In this document: in pieces, positions 60,816-64,000 of the stretch | Layout: each line of letters opens with the position of its first letter | Numbering within the stretch: position 1 is the first letter of the stretch | NCBI GenBank assembly: GCA_963805085.1 | Contig: CAWDTA010000005.1 | Span: 736,001-800,000 of the forward strand | DNA: 64,000 bases | Origin: an uncultured Veillonellaceae bacterium | Lineage (GTDB): Bacteria; Bacillota; Negativicutes; JARBTT01 | Direction of reading: 5' to 3' | Position numbers and translations under genes: made by a program | Notes under the pieces: model-generated | Seen by the model: only the letters and a program-made list of their open reading frames with translations | What the model was told of the DNA's origin: nothing | Database searches by the model: none

Positions 60816-61310
60816 TTGAAAGAATACAGCGATTATGCAGGAATTGTTAAAAGATATTTACAAAATTACAATCAGCTTAAAGTTACTGTTCTTAATTTAG
60901 AGGATGAAAAAAATGCTAAGATAAAGATGCTCGAAGAATATTCTATACCAATAGCGAAGTATGGAGAGCAGACCGGCGCTAAAACAGTAGAACTAAATCA
61001 AACGGAAGCTGCTGCAGATCGACGCTTAAAGATAAAAGAAGAAATTGAAACAGCTAATACAGATATAATGGAGATTAAGCGTTTGCTCGGTAAATTAGAT
61101 AGAGCAATAAATGGACTTATTGATGTTGAACATAGACTTATTGTTGGTTATTTCATTGAAGGTAAAAGTTGGCGTGATCTTGGGATAGAAATGTATTATA
61201 CGGAAAAATGGGCACGAGAAAAAGGCAATAAAGCCATTCATAAGATTGCTTTTATGATGTTTGGTTCTGCGGCGCAATCACAAAAATTGCGATTTGTATT
61301 TTGTGGGTAG
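60816..61310 (+). CDS. RinA/ArpU-family phage late-transcription activator
   Basis: N-terminal coiled coil and C-terminal sigma-region-4-like HTH (YFIEGKSWRDLGIEMYYTEKWAREKGNKAI); last early-gene position. Confidence 0.75.
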   Translation: MKEYSDYAGIVKRYLQNYNQLKVTVLNLEDEKNAKIKMLEEYSIPIAKYGEQTGAKTVELNQTEAAADRRLKIKEEIETANTDIMEIKRLLGKLDRAINGLIDVEHRLIVGYFIEGKSWRDLGIEMYYTEKWAREKGNKAIHKIAFMMFGSAAQSQKLRFVFCG

Positions 61311-61339
61311 ATTTAGACAGTAAAATAACAGCTTTTTAT

Positions 61340-61435
61340 TTCTTTTTACTTCCGGTTTTTGCTTAAATAAAGAGCTATAATAATATCATCAAAAGTTTAT
61401 AGGTAAACCGCTTACAAATAGATGTAGGCGGTTTT
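61340..61435 (+). promoter_or_regulatory. Putative late promoter and leader hairpin
   Basis: TATAAT at 61376-61381 without a good -35; phased T tracts upstream; hairpin AAACCGCTTACA-AATAGA-TGTAGGCGGTTTT at 61405-61435. Confidence 0.5.
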
Positions 61436-61626
61436 CATATTTTATAAGCTTCAACTAAAGTCATATTTGATTTGAAGCAAAGCTTCATTTGAAATTTTAT
61501 TAATTTTAATATGAATGGGATGGAGCAATAGAAATCTATTTGTGATATCCAATGTGCGGTGTGGTATATATCCGTATAAATAAGAAAACTATATGCTATT
61601 TGAAATAGGTAAGAGGAGGAAAAATA

Positions 61627-62922
61627 ATGTCAGAGGAACGTACAACAAAAAATCTAGGGATACCACTAATTTTAGGTTCTGATTATGTGATGAAGGATAA
61701 GATCAATGACTCAATAAAAACCATTGATAATGTTGTTTTATCCCAGAGCCATGCGGACAGCAAAGCTCACTTTGATATGTGGCAACCGAATACCGCTTAT
61801 AAAAAACAAGACGTAGTTAGAACCCCAACCTGTCCGAGTTGGGGTTTTTACATGTGCATAGTTGCAGGTATATCAGCAATTGTAGAACCTCAAGGCTATG
61901 GTGAGGGTGATAGTATTACGGATGGTACAGTTACTTGGGTATTAAAGTTATTTGGCGGATCAACATCGATCAAACATAGTGATTTAACAGGCAGAAATTT
62001 AGAAAATCAACATGAAATTAAAGCAATTACTGGATTACAAGAAGTGTTAGATTTAACAGTAACAAAAGAAAATCTAAAAAAAGCCATTGATGATCTAATC
62101 GTGGGTGCGCCAGAAACGCTAGATACACTTAAAGAAATAGCGGATGTTTTAGCAAATGATGATAATGCAATAGCTACAATCATGGCGAGTCTATCCGGCA
62201 AAGTGGATAAAATCGAGGGTAAAGGGCTTTCGACAAATGATTATTCTGTCTTGGATAAAGCGAAGGTTGATAAAATAACAATTACAGAAGCTATCGATTT
62301 GGATAGTTTAAATAAGCAAGCTCATATGCACAACAACAAAAATTCATTAGATAAATATGGTGAAAAAAACAATCAGCCAACCTTTAATGGAAAATTAATT
62401 CTAGGTGGGGCTTCCAATTGGACTGCAAATACCGAATATGAAATAACCATGCTTATAGTCCATGATGGAAAACTTTATCGTTGTAGGATAAATCATGTTT
62501 CTGATGATAAATTTAAACAAATTTATTGGGAGGTGTTAAGCAGTGAAGGTGCTGATTTAAAACAACTTACAAAATTAAGTGTTATCGCACCAGTTTCTAT
62601 AGATATTCCTATAAGTTATACCAATAAATTCAGGCTTCCGCCAGTAGAAATTTTGAAATTTAACTCACAAGGCGGTGAACAAGATCAACTATTTACAATG
62701 TATAACTTTGATAACGCAGATGCAGAGGATTTTGTTGTCGATGGGCAGAGTGCAGTGCTGTTTGATCAAATTATTTTTGATGGAGTGATGAAGAAAAATA
62801 CGGAATATGAAATTAAAGTAAATAATCCAGAATTTATGGATGGAAATACGATATGTGAAAGTGATTTTATTGATTTTTCGACTTATAAGACAATCGAAAA
62901 CATACGAGGAGGTTTTTTATAA
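61627..62922 (+). CDS. Phage tail-fibre-like protein with two carbohydrate-binding-like modules
   Basis: GAPETLDTLKEIA, KVDKIEGKGLSTNDY and HEIKAITGLQEVLD fibre motifs; WQPNTAY and WTANTEY...GKLYRC CBM5/12-like modules; GAGGAGG RBS. Confidence 0.78.
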   Translation: MSEERTTKNLGIPLILGSDYVMKDKINDSIKTIDNVVLSQSHADSKAHFDMWQPNTAYKKQDVVRTPTCPSWGFYMCIVAGISAIVEPQGYGEGDSITDGTVTWVLKLFGGSTSIKHSDLTGRNLENQHEIKAITGLQEVLDLTVTKENLKKAIDDLIVGAPETLDTLKEIADVLANDDNAIATIMASLSGKVDKIEGKGLSTNDYSVLDKAKVDKITITEAIDLDSLNKQAHMHNNKNSLDKYGEKNNQPTFNGKLILGGASNWTANTEYEITMLIVHDGKLYRCRINHVSDDKFKQIYWEVLSSEGADLKQLTKLSVIAPVSIDIPISYTNKFRLPPVEILKFNSQGGEQDQLFTMYNFDNADAEDFVVDGQSAVLFDQIIFDGVMKKNTEYEIKVNNPEFMDGNTICESDFIDFSTYKTIENIRGGFL

Positions 62923-63617
62923 TGGGAGCACCAGCAAGTAATGGAAGGTTATGTACAAAATTAAGTGAGATGTTAATTGGGGATTATATAAAATGTGAAT
63001 ATGTAGCATCCACTGCTAATGTAGCAGGAGAGTTTAAAAATTTAGGTTTAGAAAGTAATGAATTGTCAGGATTATCCACTAATCCAGCTACGACAGCTAA
63101 CGGATATTTATATTTTATTAAAGCAGATAAGGGATTATTAATAGCAGACAGGTTGGTACAACAGTCTATATCTGGACAAGCTTTAAAAAATAAAGGTTAT
63201 TTAACTGGAACAAAGACTGATTTAGGGTTGATAAGATGTTTATCTAGAGCTGAATTTTTAAAATATATTTCTAATTCAGACTTAAATGGAAATATTATAA
63301 GGCAAGATGTAAATGTATGGCATTGTACTGCAGGGACAGCTAGTACTAGTTTTAGAAACGTATATCTTCCTATCGAATTAAATACAGACAGGTCAGCGGG
63401 CTATATAAATGCATCTCTTTTTGCAGACGGAAGTTTGGTTAACACAACAGGTCTTTTTTCTACTAGCTTAGATGGTTATGGATGGGCGACATGTCCTATA
63501 TCGCAGAAGATGGGTGACACAATTATTAATTTCGGGCGTGGTAATGGGGCTTATATTTGTTTCAGACCTGCTTTAGAATACATAGATAATACAAAATCGA
63601 CAAATATTTGGAAATAA
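62922..63617 (+). CDS. Phage tail-associated protein, possible C-type-lectin-like fold
   Basis: Translationally coupled (TAATG) to the fibre gene; LIADRLVQQSIS motif; C-terminal FRPALEY. Confidence 0.65.
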   Translation: MGAPASNGRLCTKLSEMLIGDYIKCEYVASTANVAGEFKNLGLESNELSGLSTNPATTANGYLYFIKADKGLLIADRLVQQSISGQALKNKGYLTGTKTDLGLIRCLSRAEFLKYISNSDLNGNIIRQDVNVWHCTAGTASTSFRNVYLPIELNTDRSAGYINASLFADGSLVNTTGLFSTSLDGYGWATCPISQKMGDTIINFGRGNGAYICFRPALEYIDNTKSTNIWK

Positions 63618-63636
63618 TAAAAGTGTGGTGAAAAAT

Positions 63637-64000
63637 ATGGCTACTATTACGGCATTAGAAATAGTAACAGATATTAAAAATATACAACCAAATCAAGCAA
63701 TATCATGTGAATATACTGCCGCAACATCAGGAGCTTTCGGAACCTTTGCTAATTTAGGAAAAGCAACTAAGGCATTCATCGATGTAACTACAAATCCGAC
63801 ATTTGTAGATGGATCGTTTTACTTCGTGTGTGTAGGATATACACCGGATGGAAAAATAAAATTGGTGGCCGATAGAAATATCCAAGCAAATATAGCATGG
63901 GAAGCTTTAAATACAGCAGGTTTATGTACAACGGTTCCTAGTGAAGTATCAATTGATGGTAATTCAACAAATTACTCTATGAGGCTAATCGGATCATCTC
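63637..64000 (+). CDS. Paralog of the preceding tail-associated protein (truncated by the window end; not in the ORF track)
   Basis: Open frame MATITALEIVTDIKNIQPNQAISCEYTAATSGAFGTFANLG...KLVADRNIQANIAWEALNTAG, aligning by eye with 62922..63617. Confidence 0.75.
   Translation, partial: MATITALEIVTDIKNIQPNQAISCEYTAATSGAFGTFANLGKATKAFIDVTTNPTFVDGSFYFVCVGYTPDGKIKLVADRNIQANIAWEALNTAGLCTTVPSEVSIDGNSTNYSMRLIGSS

Larger units (their letters stand above)
59010..64000. mobile_element. Defective/reduced prophage-derived element (continues past the window end)
   Basis: ImmA-like, XRE repressor, divergent promoter, RinA/ArpU-like and tail-fibre genes in phage order; visibly AT-richer; no integrase at the left edge. 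Confidence 0.82.

Noticed and set aside
63400-63617. Complete diversity-generating retroelement
   Set aside because: No template repeat or reverse transcriptase is seen in the window; kept only as a hypothesis about the fold
59010-64000. Complete inducible prophage or complete tailocin
   Set aside because: No integrase, terminase, portal, capsid, sheath, tube, tape-measure or baseplate gene is visible in the window
1-64000. CRISPR array, tRNA, rRNA or IS element
   Set aside because: No regularly spaced direct repeats, cloverleaf or rRNA signatures, or transposase ORFs were recognised; intergenic gaps are short and mostly explained by promoters and terminators

Overview
Low-GC Firmicute chromosome segment, most consistent with a flagellated, probably spore-forming member of the Negativicutes (inferred from gene order, short EF-Ts, spoVS and SpoVD/SpoVE-like genes). 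Bases 1-58956 are almost entirely plus-strand core genome in this order: end of the fla/che operon (flhA-flhF-flhG-PilZ-cheBAWCD-sigD-FapA-SwrB-like); rpsB-tsf-pyrH-frr, a ferredoxin missed by the ORF track, and uppS-cdsA-dxr-rseP-ispG-proS; an atypical lgt-like gene with a polysaccharide deacetylase; a dcw cluster without mraZ (rsmH to ftsZ); an orphan solute-binding protein, then rimO-cinA-DEAD helicase-recA-recX-rny-ymdB-spoVS-pepA-PHP-Asp23/ATPase. From about 59.0 kb to the window end lies a heavily reduced prophage-derived element. It has no integrase at its left edge, an ImmA/IrrE protease interrupted by an amber codon, an intact XRE repressor with an intact operator/promoter switch, a 31-aa membrane peptide where cro would be, and a RinA/ArpU-type late activator followed directly by a tail-fibre gene and tandem paralogous tail-associated genes. 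No terminase, capsid or tail tube genes occur before the fibre gene. No rRNA, tRNA, CRISPR or IS element was recognised. All calls are from motif recognition by eye; no database searches were run.
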